This document shows, piece after piece, positions 37,999-47,505 of a stretch of DNA of 64,000 bases. The translations under genes were made by a program, and so were the position numbers. Every line of letters starts with the position of its first letter. The first letter of the stretch is position 1. The DNA comes from a virus: IMG/VR virus record IMGVR_UViG_3300020455_000616; one strand, written 5' to 3'. The notes under the pieces are model-generated. The model was not told where the DNA came from. It saw nothing but the letters and a program-made list of their open reading frames with translations, and did not search any database.

Positions 37999-38403
37999 TC
38001 AGTGATGGTAAAAATTTCCATTAGGATGGAACATAGGGTCCTCTTCAGGAACCCTATTATATAGTAGTGATTGTCCCTTAAAATACTTACGTCCTTCCAA
38101 TTTATTCAGAGCATTACAAACACCGAGTTGTCCTTTAGGTGATGATAATTTTGCGACTAATTCTGGATCTATCTTCTTATTCGGAAATCTTTTTAATCCA
38201 TCGTATTGATGGGGTTGCTTGGTAACTCCCTGTATAGAATCTGGGAAGTCGTCAGATGCAACTCGGTTCATAATGTTAGCAGCAACACCGTATTCATCAT
38301 TAGAATGACGGTATGCCTCAACTTGTACTACTCTTGCTATTTCTACATACTCAGCGGGATCGAGAGTAGAGTACATTAAACATACTAAAGGAATTGGAAT
38401 CAT
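37999..38403 (-). CDS. Cell wall hydrolase, SleB/Hydrolase_2 family
   Basis: VVQVEA, VAANIMNRV, FPDSI...QPHQY. Confidence 0.8.
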   Translation of the reverse strand: MIPIPLVCLMYSTLDPAEYVEIARVVQVEAYRHSNDEYGVAANIMNRVASDDFPDSIQGVTKQPHQYDGLKRFPNKKIDPELVAKLSSPKGQLGVCNALNKLEGRKYFKGQSLLYNRVPEEDPMFHPNGNFYHH

Positions 38404-38415
38404 AACAAAAGAATT

Positions 38416-38625
38416 TTAAGGTGTTAGTTGACTTAGTGTGATAGCAGTCTTTTGTATTTTATTATACATGAAGATTAAATCTTCTGAAGAAACATGCTCC
38501 CATTTATGATACAAATCTTTGAGTTGACTGACATAGGTTTTGTTACCTATAGTTGATCCTATACCAGACATGTGATTTGCAACTATGGACTTGACTAGCA
38601 TGTCCCTAGTATACTTACTTGTCAT
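38416..38625 (-). CDS. Hypothetical protein
   Basis: 69-aa ORF. Confidence 0.65.
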   Translation of the reverse strand: MTSKYTRDMLVKSIVANHMSGIGSTIGNKTYVSQLKDLYHKWEHVSSEDLIFMYNKIQKTAITLSQLTP

Positions 38626-38754
38626 TAAGTTGTACTAGTAACCCAACATAGAAAAATGCGTACATGAAACAGAAAATGTGGCAGCAAATAAGTTGCATCC
38701 ACATCGTCAAATTCTTCTACTTGGCTGGTTTTTACCTGTTAAGGTAGTAATTAT

Positions 38755-39204
38755 TTAGGAAAAAAGAGTTCCTTCGTAGTAGTCTTTCTTGTAGTAGCGT
38801 CCTAAAACATTACTATTATAGTATGCAGGAGTGCCATCGTCAAGAGATTCTGTTAAGACATTATGTAAAAATAATTGTCTCGTTTCTTCGTAGTTTACTT
38901 TTCCTTGAGTTTTATAGAGTCCGAGGATTTCTCTTGAGAAGGAACTATTCCCCAGAAGTTTCCTGTCCTCGTTAAGTTCTTTAGAACTTCCGTAGTATGC
39001 TTTCCAGTTACTCTCACTCGTCCGTTTGCGTCTGCTACCTCTAGGCTTTCGATGCTGTTGGAAGTTCTTCCTTCCGATGTACTTCCTACCCGATTTAAGA
39101 TTAGTAATGAGGTAGACGAAACCGAACTGATCGCCAATATCGTCAGTAGTGAAAGGTTCACCCTCATATATCCAGGGGTTTTCATAAACTCCTGTTTTAG
39201 CCAT
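38755..39204 (-). CDS. GIY-YIG nuclease
   Basis: GFVYLIT...KYIGRK, YYGSS, catalytic-type E in YEETRQ, YYN. Confidence 0.85.
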   Translation of the reverse strand: MAKTGVYENPWIYEGEPFTTDDIGDQFGFVYLITNLKSGRKYIGRKNFQQHRKPRGSRRKRTSESNWKAYYGSSKELNEDRKLLGNSSFSREILGLYKTQGKVNYEETRQLFLHNVLTESLDDGTPAYYNSNVLGRYYKKDYYEGTLFS

Positions 39205-39225
39205 GTCATAAATTTAATTTTCATA

Positions 39226-39930
39226 TCAAATATTTAGCAACAATTTTTGAGTCTCTTTATAGTCGCTTACATTGTAACAAGTTCCCATCATATTATCTAA
39301 TATTGCCATTGCTAAAGGATAATCATTCTGTCCTTCCTCCATCATGTCACCAAAGAAGTGTAGGTCATCAGTTTTATCAAAGTCTCTTAAGATTTGACTT
39401 TTGTTACTTCCCTTTGGTGCTAGATCTAATCCAGTCTGACCTCCTACCTGTACCTCTAGGTCTGGGAACTGGGTCTTAAGTCTCTCTGCTATATCAACTC
39501 TCTCTAATCTCTCCTTATCCCACTTAACATACTCTTCTCTTCCATTCAAGGTATCTTTACCTCTACCTAAAATGCTGAAGTTTACTCCACCAGGTCTTCT
39601 CTCAATGTGTAAACCATTCCTAATAGGGAAGCAACTATATGCTAACTCATCTTCTAAAAATTTTTCCACCTGCTTAGGTAGTTCCCAAGCATCCCTATAA
39701 ACATTTTTATTCTTTTCATATACATCACTACCAGAACAATTGTATACTCGTTTAGCAGTGTAGCATATATCAAGTCCTAACTGCTCTACAGTCTTCTCAC
39801 GGTCACTACCAGTAACCAGAGAGACGTGATTGTTACGACAGAATATAAGGAACGGAGCCCAAAACTCATGCTCAATTTTTTTGCGACTAGGAGTTAGAGT
39901 TCCGTCAACATCAAAAATATATTTACGCAT
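39226..39930 (-). CDS. HAD-IIB phosphomannomutase-like enzyme
   Basis: FDVDGTLTPSR, VTGSD, ERRPGGVNFS, GGQTGLD, FFGD...GQND. Confidence 0.78.
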   Translation of the reverse strand: MRKYIFDVDGTLTPSRKKIEHEFWAPFLIFCRNNHVSLVTGSDREKTVEQLGLDICYTAKRVYNCSGSDVYEKNKNVYRDAWELPKQVEKFLEDELAYSCFPIRNGLHIERRPGGVNFSILGRGKDTLNGREEYVKWDKERLERVDIAERLKTQFPDLEVQVGGQTGLDLAPKGSNKSQILRDFDKTDDLHFFGDMMEEGQNDYPLAMAILDNMMGTCYNVSDYKETQKLLLNI

Positions 39931-39996
39931 TGTTGATTGTATTTTTCAAAAATATGTACAACAGAATTGTAATACATACCCATACTATAAATGTGG

Positions 39997-41190
39997 TCAT
40001 AATTTAAATCCTGAGAAGGTGTCCTTCTTAACGTCTTGTTTAATACCACCAACAACATAAGACTCAACCTCAGTCTCTTGTGGTGCTACCTGTAATCCCT
40101 TAGAAGAGATCCAATGCTCTGTCCAAGGTAATGGATTGTTTTTAGCAGGAATGTCATACACTGGTTTTAAACCAATAGACCTCATGCGACGGTTTGCAAT
40201 CCACTCAACATACTTCTGTAAAAGTTTATCATTCAATCCAATCATACTTCCATCCTTAAATAAATACTCTGCCCATTTTCTCTCCTCATTCACAGCACGA
40301 TCAAACATTTGGTATGTCCAATCTTCTTCCTCCTTTGCAATCTGTGCCATCTCAGGATCATCATGACCCTTCCTCCAATAGTTTAATATGTTTTGGGTGA
40401 TGGCGAGGTGTTGATTCTCATCTCTTGCAATAAGGGATATGATCTTAGCTGACCCTTCCATAAGTTTAAGTTCACCAAAGGCAAAACTACAAGCGAAACT
40501 AACATAAAAACGAATACCTTCCAGTATATTGACATTGGCAACTGCTCTATAAAGTGAACGCTTTAAATCTTTTCTTGTCCATTGCGAATTGGGATGGTCT
40601 CTCATGTCATCTGTCCAAGCAGTGCTCTGACCATACTCCTGTGCATATGCAATGAAGTTATCGTAAGACTCAGTAACACTAGCAGCACGTTCTAAAATCT
40701 TTTCATCTCTAAGAATAGTATCAAATACATCAGAAGCCTTTGGATATACATTCTTAACAATATAAGTATATGATCTACTATGAATCATTTCCATAAAAGA
40801 CCAGCACTCCATGCATGCTTCTAACTCAGGTAAAGAACAATAAGGAATGAATGCCATACCAGGTGCTCTACCTTGAACTGAGTCAAGCATAGTCTGGTAC
40901 TTTAAGTTAGATGTAAATATATGTTTTTGTTCTGGACGTAAAGATTGGAAGTCTCCACGATCCTTTTGTAAGGATACCTCTTCTGGTCTCCAAAAATATC
41001 CTAACTGTTGCTTTGTTAAATTCTCAAACTGTGGATACTTAAAACTATCATATCTTTGAACCCCAAGAGGAGCACCAAAGAACATTGGTTGCTTTTTAGT
41101 ATCTACTTCATTTGTGTTGAAGACAGTCATCCCCTTCACTTTTTTATCCATAGTTGTACCTGATGACTGTTGAAAATTGAATTGATTCAT
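39997..41190 (-). CDS. nrdB: Ribonucleotide reductase class Ia beta subunit
   Basis: FWRPEE, EMIHSRSY, EGIRFYVSF, RDENQH, PQETE. Confidence 0.98.
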   Translation of the reverse strand: MNQFNFQQSSGTTMDKKVKGMTVFNTNEVDTKKQPMFFGAPLGVQRYDSFKYPQFENLTKQQLGYFWRPEEVSLQKDRGDFQSLRPEQKHIFTSNLKYQTMLDSVQGRAPGMAFIPYCSLPELEACMECWSFMEMIHSRSYTYIVKNVYPKASDVFDTILRDEKILERAASVTESYDNFIAYAQEYGQSTAWTDDMRDHPNSQWTRKDLKRSLYRAVANVNILEGIRFYVSFACSFAFGELKLMEGSAKIISLIARDENQHLAITQNILNYWRKGHDDPEMAQIAKEEEDWTYQMFDRAVNEERKWAEYLFKDGSMIGLNDKLLQKYVEWIANRRMRSIGLKPVYDIPAKNNPLPWTEHWISSKGLQVAPQETEVESYVVGGIKQDVKKDTFSGFKL

Positions 41191-41196
41191 TATACC

Positions 41197-43536
41197 TTAA
41201 ATTTTGCATGACTCACAATCATCATCATCAATCTCACATAACTCATTAAGTAAATCGTGTCCCTCACCTTGAATACCAACTTCCGATACATTATCGTGCC
41301 ATCCTACAGGATGTGATGGTTCAGTCTCATCATGTTTATTATCATAAGTATTCTGATAATAAGATGTCTTCCAACCTAATTTATAAGTCGTCAAAAGATC
41401 CTGTGCCATTTGTGATACAGGTACATCAGAGTCTTCAAAGTGAGTGGGATTATATGACCAGTTACCACTGATCGCCTGATCAAAAAACTTTTGCATTACT
41501 GCAACCACGTTGATATACCCATTGTTACTAGGCATATCCCATAATAAAGTATAGTTATTCTTCAGGGTGTTATAAGACGGAACAATCTGCTTAAGAGGTC
41601 CTTTCTTTGACTTCTTAATGGACAAGTAATCTCTAGGAGGTTCGATTCCATTGGTTGCGTTTGACACAACGGAACTGCTCTCCGAAGGCATTTGTGCGGA
41701 CAGAGTACTGTGCCTGAGTCCATGCTGCTTGATAGATGTCCTAAGACTATCCCAATCATGTGTAAGTGGTTGAGAACAAATCTCGTCTACGTCTTTTTTA
41801 TATGTATCTATTGGAAGAATTCCATCAGCATACTTAGTCTGACTAAAGTATCTACACTTACCTTTTTCCTTAGCAATCTCATTAGATGACTTAAGTAGAT
41901 AGTATTGGAATGATTCAGAAAGTCCATGAACAGCATCCCATGCCTCCTGTGAGTCGTAGTTAAAACCTAACTTAGCAAGATAATGTGCAAGTCCAATGAA
42001 CCCTACTCCAAGGGATCTACGTGCCTTGGTAGCAATCTCTGCTGCAATGACAGGATAATTCTGGTAATCAATTAATTCTTCTAGTCCACGAACTGATAGA
42101 TCACAAAGATCCTCAAGTTCAGTATCAGATCTTACCTTACCTACATTGACAGCAGAGAGAATGCAAAGGGCAATCTCTCCTTCTGGATCATCAATGTGTT
42201 GTAATGGTTTAGTAGGTAGAGTGATCTCTTGACAAAGGTTACTCATCTCAACCTTATCTTTAAATGAACTATGACTATTACAATGGTCAAGGTTCATAAT
42301 ATAGATACGACCAGTCTCTGCTCTCTCCTTAAGAAGATCAAGTATTAGTTCTTGTGCTGAGACGGTAGTTCTTGGGATTGATTCATCAGATTCGTAACGG
42401 CAATATAACTCATCAAACTCAGGGGTCCCAAAACTCTCAAACAAGTTAGGACAATTATGAGGGGAAAATAACGAGATTTCCTTATCTTGGATAAAACGTT
42501 CATAGAATATTTTACTTAACTGGATACTGTAGTCGAGTTTTCTGACTCTGTTGTCTTCGGTTCCTTTGTTGTTTTTGAGGACGAGGATGTCTCTGATTTC
42601 TTGATGCCAAATAGGGAAGTGGACAGTTGCTGAACCGCCTCTGATCCCGTTTTGAGTGCAGCATCGGACAGTTGACTCAAACTTTTTGAGAAAGGGGACC
42701 ACTCCTGTGTGTTGTACTTCGCCGCCACGGATTCTACTGTTGATCCCTCTGATTCGTCCTGCGTTAATGCCGATACCAGCCCTCTGTGCAACGTATTTGC
42801 CAATAGCCACATCAGAGCTAAAGATACTATCGAGGGTGTCATCAATATCAACCAGAACACAAGATGCAAATTGACGAATTGGGGTCCGTACCCCCGCCAT
42901 GATCGGGGTTGGGATGTTGATTCTGTGTTTTGAGATTGCGTTGTAGTATCGTTTGACATAATCGAGCCTCGTTTCTATAGGATATTTTGCAAAAATGGTT
43001 AGAGATATCATCATGTACATGAACTGAGGTGTCTCATAAACCTCATTAGTACTTCTATCTTGAACTAAGTACTTGTCAACTACCTGACGCAAACCTGCGT
43101 AGGTAAAGATATAGTCACGATCATGATCTATAAAAGAATTAACTAACTCAAACTCATCTTCTGTATAGTTATCTAAAATCGCAGGGTCATAGATACCTTT
43201 TTCAATACAGGTCTTAACATGTGGTAGTAAATCAGGGAGATCTCTAAGTCTACCAAAGATCTGTTTACGAACGGAGAATAGAAGAAGTTTTGATGCAACA
43301 AACTGATAGTTGGGATGATCTAAATCAATTAGATCACTAGCAGACTTAATAAGGATCTCCTGTATATCAGAAGTAGACATACCATCATAGAATTGAATCC
43401 CTGACTGTATCTCAACCTGACTCGCAGAGACACCTGCAAGACCCTTAGTTGCTTCTTCCACCATGACATGGATCTTGTTAAGATTAATAGGTTCTATATG
43501 ACCCTTTCTCTTAACTACCTTAATGCCGTTACTCAT
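41197..43536 (-). CDS. nrdA: Ribonucleotide reductase class Ia alpha subunit
   Basis: ATP cone, FASCVL, SNLCQEITLP, CILS, MPSESSS, C-terminal CESCKI. Confidence 0.99.
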   Translation of the reverse strand: MSNGIKVVKRKGHIEPINLNKIHVMVEEATKGLAGVSASQVEIQSGIQFYDGMSTSDIQEILIKSASDLIDLDHPNYQFVASKLLLFSVRKQIFGRLRDLPDLLPHVKTCIEKGIYDPAILDNYTEDEFELVNSFIDHDRDYIFTYAGLRQVVDKYLVQDRSTNEVYETPQFMYMMISLTIFAKYPIETRLDYVKRYYNAISKHRINIPTPIMAGVRTPIRQFASCVLVDIDDTLDSIFSSDVAIGKYVAQRAGIGINAGRIRGINSRIRGGEVQHTGVVPFLKKFESTVRCCTQNGIRGGSATVHFPIWHQEIRDILVLKNNKGTEDNRVRKLDYSIQLSKIFYERFIQDKEISLFSPHNCPNLFESFGTPEFDELYCRYESDESIPRTTVSAQELILDLLKERAETGRIYIMNLDHCNSHSSFKDKVEMSNLCQEITLPTKPLQHIDDPEGEIALCILSAVNVGKVRSDTELEDLCDLSVRGLEELIDYQNYPVIAAEIATKARRSLGVGFIGLAHYLAKLGFNYDSQEAWDAVHGLSESFQYYLLKSSNEIAKEKGKCRYFSQTKYADGILPIDTYKKDVDEICSQPLTHDWDSLRTSIKQHGLRHSTLSAQMPSESSSVVSNATNGIEPPRDYLSIKKSKKGPLKQIVPSYNTLKNNYTLLWDMPSNNGYINVVAVMQKFFDQAISGNWSYNPTHFEDSDVPVSQMAQDLLTTYKLGWKTSYYQNTYDNKHDETEPSHPVGWHDNVSEVGIQGEGHDLLNELCEIDDDDCESCKI

Positions 43537-44519
43537 AACTTCTTCCAGTTGTTAAATTTAAGTTTTGCTTCTAAACCTTGATATGTATTAGATTCTACCA
43601 TATTCTGAACGTCATGCCCAGCTAATACCATATCATTTATATCTTTTTGTATCACATGACTTGGGAAGATGACAACTCTTCCACCTGCGTTGATGGTGTT
43701 GGAGATTCTTGTTGTAATCTCCTTATTCCTCGGCTCGTTATCATAAACCCAAATAGGATCGCTAACACCCCACTTCCTAACATCACCGTCTGCACCACAC
43801 ATAGCGATGCTATTGCAAACGAACGAGCTGTCGAACGGTCCTTCTGTAACGAAGACTGGAGCATCTGCTCTGATGTTATCCAGTCCGTAGATCTTTGGTG
43901 CTTCATCATCAATCATTATAGTAATGTATTTAACCTTGCTAGGAACCAGTGCTCTGCCTTGGAATCCAACTAGATTATTTTGATAATACAAAGGAATAAT
44001 TATCCTTGGTTCATCATATTTTAAATCACTCTGTCCAAAAGTATTACGAACTTTGGTATTAGTCCATCTTTTGAAATTGTCCGCATAATAAAATTTATTC
44101 GGATCAATCTTTCTACGCTCCAAGTATGTTGTTGCTGCAACATTTGCACTTGCTTTGGGTAGATCTAACTCAGGTGCTTTAGGTTTAAATTTTGGTTTCT
44201 CAAAATGAAAGTCGGGTTCCTTGACGACAAAATTGCCACCAGCGTTACCCGACTTAAACTTCTCTAGGACGTACTGTTTGTGTAGAGTAACATCCATCTC
44301 TTTGAGAAAATTATTTAAAGACAAACTTGCACCACAGTTATGGCACTTGAAGTTTGTATTATTTTTGACAGCATAAAGATAACCTCTAGCTTTATTCTTA
44401 TGCTTCTTTGAATCTCCACACACAGGACACCTGAAGTTATAAAGGTCAGGTTTAACCTTTTTAAACTTCTGCAATCTTGACGATACTAGATTTATAAACC
44501 TAGTGTCAATGTAATCCAT
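43533..44519 (-). CDS. 61: DNA primase, T4 gp61-like
   Basis: CPVCGDS...CHNC Zn finger, TEGPFDS toprim, YDNEPRN, DIND. Confidence 0.96.
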   Translation of the reverse strand: MDYIDTRFINLVSSRLQKFKKVKPDLYNFRCPVCGDSKKHKNKARGYLYAVKNNTNFKCHNCGASLSLNNFLKEMDVTLHKQYVLEKFKSGNAGGNFVVKEPDFHFEKPKFKPKAPELDLPKASANVAATTYLERRKIDPNKFYYADNFKRWTNTKVRNTFGQSDLKYDEPRIIIPLYYQNNLVGFQGRALVPSKVKYITIMIDDEAPKIYGLDNIRADAPVFVTEGPFDSSFVCNSIAMCGADGDVRKWGVSDPIWVYDNEPRNKEITTRISNTINAGGRVVIFPSHVIQKDINDMVLAGHDVQNMVESNTYQGLEAKLKFNNWKKL

Positions 44520-44543
44520 TCAAATGCCAGTGTGTACCACTAG

Positions 44544-44572
44544 ATACTAGCACTGCCAAAACTTCCTGTCAA
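44544..44572 (-). promoter_or_regulatory. Sigma70-type promoter for primase-nrdA-nrdB
   Basis: TTGACA-N17-TAGTAT. Confidence 0.55.
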
Positions 44573-44694
44573 CGTTTGACTCCCATAAACAGGCAGTCAT
44601 AAGTCCAGTGTATAGTATGACTTGGTTTGTAACCGTTAACCAATGATATACACTCTCTGATCTAATCATGGTTGCTCTATGCAATCAAGATTAT

Positions 44695-45072
44695 TTATTT
44701 TGATATATTTTCTACTTGCGTTGCTGGTAAAAAACCTTTGATAACTACTTGTCCGACTGGACTAACGATGAAAGATATAATACTAAGAGCACCAAATATA
44801 GTCCACATCTTCTTCTCCATGATACGGAGTCTGTCGTCAACTTTACGTATATCTCTTTCACATCCTTTTTTGATTTCATCTGTCTTACGGGTTACTTCTC
44901 TATGTAATGATTCCACCTTCTCAAATAATACAGCATCTATTCTATCTTGTTTATCTAACTTCTCATTATGAACCGCAAGCAGTTGCCCCATCTTCGTGGA
45001 ATTATCCTGAAGGGTGCTAACTACTTTTTCTAATCTCTCTAGGATAGCAGCGTTGATACTTTCGTCAGGCAT
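44695..45072 (-). CDS. Coiled-coil protein with C-terminal TM
   Basis: Heptads then MWTIFGALSIISFIV. Confidence 0.75.
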   Translation of the reverse strand: MPDESINAAILERLEKVVSTLQDNSTKMGQLLAVHNEKLDKQDRIDAVLFEKVESLHREVTRKTDEIKKGCERDIRKVDDRLRIMEKKMWTIFGALSIISFIVSPVGQVVIKGFLPATQVENISK

Positions 45073-45281
45073 TATCCTACAGTCCAATTCTTACGGGTGT
45101 TCTTAGCATAGATATATCTCTTCTTCTTTTTACGTACTGGAGGATCATCTCCTGCCTGTATAGATCCAGCGATCTGACCACCACCAATACTATTAGTAAT
45201 AGCTCCTGCAGCACCACCTTCCTCTTCGACCTTACCGAGAGTCCTAATCATTTGGATTATGCGATCAAGGTTTGTCGCCAT
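45072..45281 (-). CDS. Hypothetical protein
   Basis: 69 aa; VEEE then Gly-rich segment and basic tail. Confidence 0.7.
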   Translation of the reverse strand: MATNLDRIIQMIRTLGKVEEEGGAAGAITNSIGGGQIAGSIQAGDDPPVRKKKKRYIYAKNTRKNWTVG

Positions 45282-45657
45282 CTTTGTATACCTTATGTAA
45301 TTCTGCTAAACATTCCAAGTCAACTGGAATATCATGTATATGTGATTTAGGATAATCAGGCATTTTGTTTAAGAATATAACGAATGTCTTCATTACATCC
45401 CACAACTCTTTCTCAATTTTGTAAAACAACATAGGAGTTGTTGCATCACCAAATATATTATATAACACTATAAAGTGATTGATAAGTAAATGAGTCTTAA
45501 GTTGACCTGTATTCTTATATCTCTTTAATAGTCTTTTTATATACTTAAAATGATTTAGATCTTTATCGAAATCCTCTTTGGTCACTGCCTGAGGATTCTC
45601 ATAATTACGAATGGCAAATAATAAAAAATTACCGTCATTCAATTCATTAAATATCAT
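45265..45657 (-). CDS. T4-like phage hypothetical protein
   Basis: FLLFAIRNYENP, HLLINHFIVLYN. Confidence 0.8.
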   Translation of the reverse strand: MIFNELNDGNFLLFAIRNYENPQAVTKEDFDKDLNHFKYIKRLLKRYKNTGQLKTHLLINHFIVLYNIFGDATTPMLFYKIEKELWDVMKTFVIFLNKMPDYPKSHIHDIPVDLECLAELHKVYKDGDKP

Positions 45658-45676
45658 ATCATATTAATGCAGTTTT

Positions 45677-46222
45677 TTAGACTGTTGGGTTTGTATCGTA
45701 TATAGGTACGTTACCAGTTGTAATTCCAGACATAGCAACTAGAGTCTCTTTCTTAACTCTTAGGTTACCGTGCTGATCGACATAAGTTGTAACACCAACC
45801 CATCCACCATGAGTTACTTCATAAGCAGAAGCAGCAGTATTAGTTACTCCTTCAGCAGCAACACCATATGTCAATGTATCAGTTACACCATAAGCAGTGT
45901 TCTCACTCTGGGTTGAATCGAGTACAGTATACTTAGGTTGTTGTGTTACAGTAAAGTCAGTATTTGCAATTGCAACACCGCTAAGACCAGCAGTAGATCC
46001 AATTGTTAATTGTGTAGCACTTGCGATGCTTACAATTACTGCGTCACCAAAATATGTACCAATACCCGTCTGGGTTATGTTACCAAATCTTATAACGTCT
46101 CCTTCCTGTGCTGAACCTGCTGCACCAAATGCTGTGCCAGTTGCAGTCACAATACCAGTGGCATAATTCAACCATACCTGTCCAGCAGAAGTCACGTTAT
46201 CGCTATTACCCCAGAGTGCCAT
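45677..46222 (-). CDS. Putative virion structural protein
   Basis: MALWG start, HGGWV...RVKKETLVAMS; late-type motif upstream. Confidence 0.7.
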   Translation of the reverse strand: MALWGNSDNVTSAGQVWLNYATGIVTATGTAFGAAGSAQEGDVIRFGNITQTGIGTYFGDAVIVSIASATQLTIGSTAGLSGVAIANTDFTVTQQPKYTVLDSTQSENTAYGVTDTLTYGVAAEGVTNTAASAYEVTHGGWVGVTTYVDQHGNLRVKKETLVAMSGITTGNVPIYDTNPTV

Positions 46223-46277
46223 TTGTTTACGTCCGTAATGAAATTGTGTTTTGCCTGTTTTTATTTATGTCTTGAGC

Positions 46278-46312
46278 AACCTTAGACTGGGCACAGTCTA
46301 AGGTTTTTTTTT
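46278..46312 (+). terminator. Intrinsic terminator oriented on the plus strand
   Basis: AACCTTAGACTG-GGCA-CAGTCTAAGGTT then a T run. Confidence 0.7.
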
Positions 46313-46322
46313 ACCTATAAGA

Positions 46323-46508
46323 TCAGGATAGAAGTGCTTTCTCTAAAGCTTCTACTAACTGATCATCTACCTTATTCCCTGACTTAGCAGCAGCCTTTTT
46401 GAGTAGTCCGATAACAAACTCTTTAAGTTTTGTCTCTAGATCCTCTGGGATCTTATCTACCGCTTTATTAATAACGTTGATAGCGATAGGAAGTAAAAAT
46501 TTAGTCAT
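46323..46508 (-). CDS. Small amphipathic helical protein
   Basis: 61 aa. Confidence 0.75.
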   Translation of the reverse strand: MTKFLLPIAINVINKAVDKIPEDLETKLKEFVIGLLKKAAAKSGNKVDDQLVEALEKALLS

Positions 46509-46548
46509 AATAATACCATGTGCGTGTATTATTTAGCAATCAAAGCAC

Positions 46549-46875
46549 TTAATCATACTTCTTCTTGCCGCCCTTCATATATCCTGTTCCTTTTTTATCG
46601 TAAAATTTGACACCCTTCTCTGTCATTCTAGGTTTTTGTGTTTCCATTTCTGCTCTCCTTTTCTTCCAAGTTCTGTAAGTCTCACTGTCTTTTGATTGTC
46701 CAACCTTCTTCTTACCGTGCATCATACGGTCTTTATTATACTTATTCTCTGCCTCGTGATCGTCTCTCTTCTTCTTATCATTTTCATTATCAAAGGTATT
46801 ACCATACTTCGCTTCATCCAACCAAGGTTGGTGCTTACTGGCATAAAATGCATCTGGTAGGAATCTAAATGTCAT
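46549..46875 (-). CDS. Basic hypothetical protein (candidate internal head protein)
   Basis: Lys/Arg-rich after WLDE. Confidence 0.65.
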   Translation of the reverse strand: MTFRFLPDAFYASKHQPWLDEAKYGNTFDNENDKKKRDDHEAENKYNKDRMMHGKKKVGQSKDSETYRTWKKRRAEMETQKPRMTEKGVKFYDKKGTGYMKGGKKKYD

Positions 46876-47135
46876 GACGCAAGTTTGTTTGCAGTATTAT
46901 ACATGACATCCTTATGTCTTTTACCGTACAAATTCTTAAATCTTCCTAAAGATTTACGTTCCATACCCCTAACAATCCTTTCTGCCTCTGGACTATTTGC
47001 TTTTAGTTCAGGTTCGTCAGGTTTTGTAACGCCTCTTTTATTTTTAATGGCAGACTTATTCCTCTCAGCAGCGGCTGCTACCCTGTCTGCGAGACTCTCT
47101 TCTTGGAATTGTTTAAATGTTTTTAACACTTCCAT
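46872..47135 (-). CDS. Candidate capsid-internal protein
   Basis: LKTFKQFQEE resembles the T4 capsid-targeting sequence. Confidence 0.65.
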   Translation of the reverse strand: MEVLKTFKQFQEESLADRVAAAAERNKSAIKNKRGVTKPDEPELKANSPEAERIVRGMERKSLGRFKNLYGKRHKDVMYNTANKLAS

Positions 47136-47503
47136 TTTCTTAATGCCAATGCTTTACGAGTTGGTTCACCATTTGGTTTTTTCATTGGTCCTTTTACACC
47201 ACCCATTCTAGCACAGAATGATTTCTTTCTAGGACCTCCCTCTGGTTGGGGTCTCTTTAAATCACTACCAGGATTCTCACGTTCATAGGACTTACGTCCC
47301 TTCTCGTTTAAACCACCTTCTTTATTCTTACCTGCTTTCTTTGTCCAAGCAGCACCTTCACTTGTTGTTGTGGTGTGCTTCTCATCAGGTTCATTCTTTG
47401 CAAGATTTTTCTTCAGTTTTTTTGCAGAGAGTTTAGGTCCACCAATTATATCACCATACTCATCTCTCTTAGTTGCTTCTTGGAATTCGTTAAAAGTCTT
47501 CAT
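47123..47503 (-). CDS. Candidate capsid-internal protein
   Basis: MKTFNEFQE N-terminus; C-terminal KKSFCARM...ALRKWKC. Confidence 0.7.
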   Translation of the reverse strand: MKTFNEFQEATKRDEYGDIIGGPKLSAKKLKKNLAKNEPDEKHTTTTSEGAAWTKKAGKNKEGGLNEKGRKSYERENPGSDLKRPQPEGGPRKKSFCARMGGVKGPMKKPNGEPTRKALALRKWKC

Positions 47504-47505
47504 GG

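Noticed and set aside
38615-38704. 29-aa hydrophobic ORF MWMQLICCHIFCFMYAFFYVGLLVQLNDK
   Set aside because: Plausible, but no clear SD and an equally open alternative frame; not supportable
38755-39204. GIY-YIG gene as a mobile homing endonuclease
   Set aside because: Only the catalytic domain, no DNA-binding tail or intron context; more like a resident T4-type nuclease
41562-41759. Second +1-frame ORF in nrdA (65 aa)
   Set aside because: Short enough to arise by chance in a GC-richer patch; no TM segment or SD
44547-44660. Intergenic ~40-aa ORF upstream of primase
   Set aside because: Overlaps the primase promoter, no SD or motif
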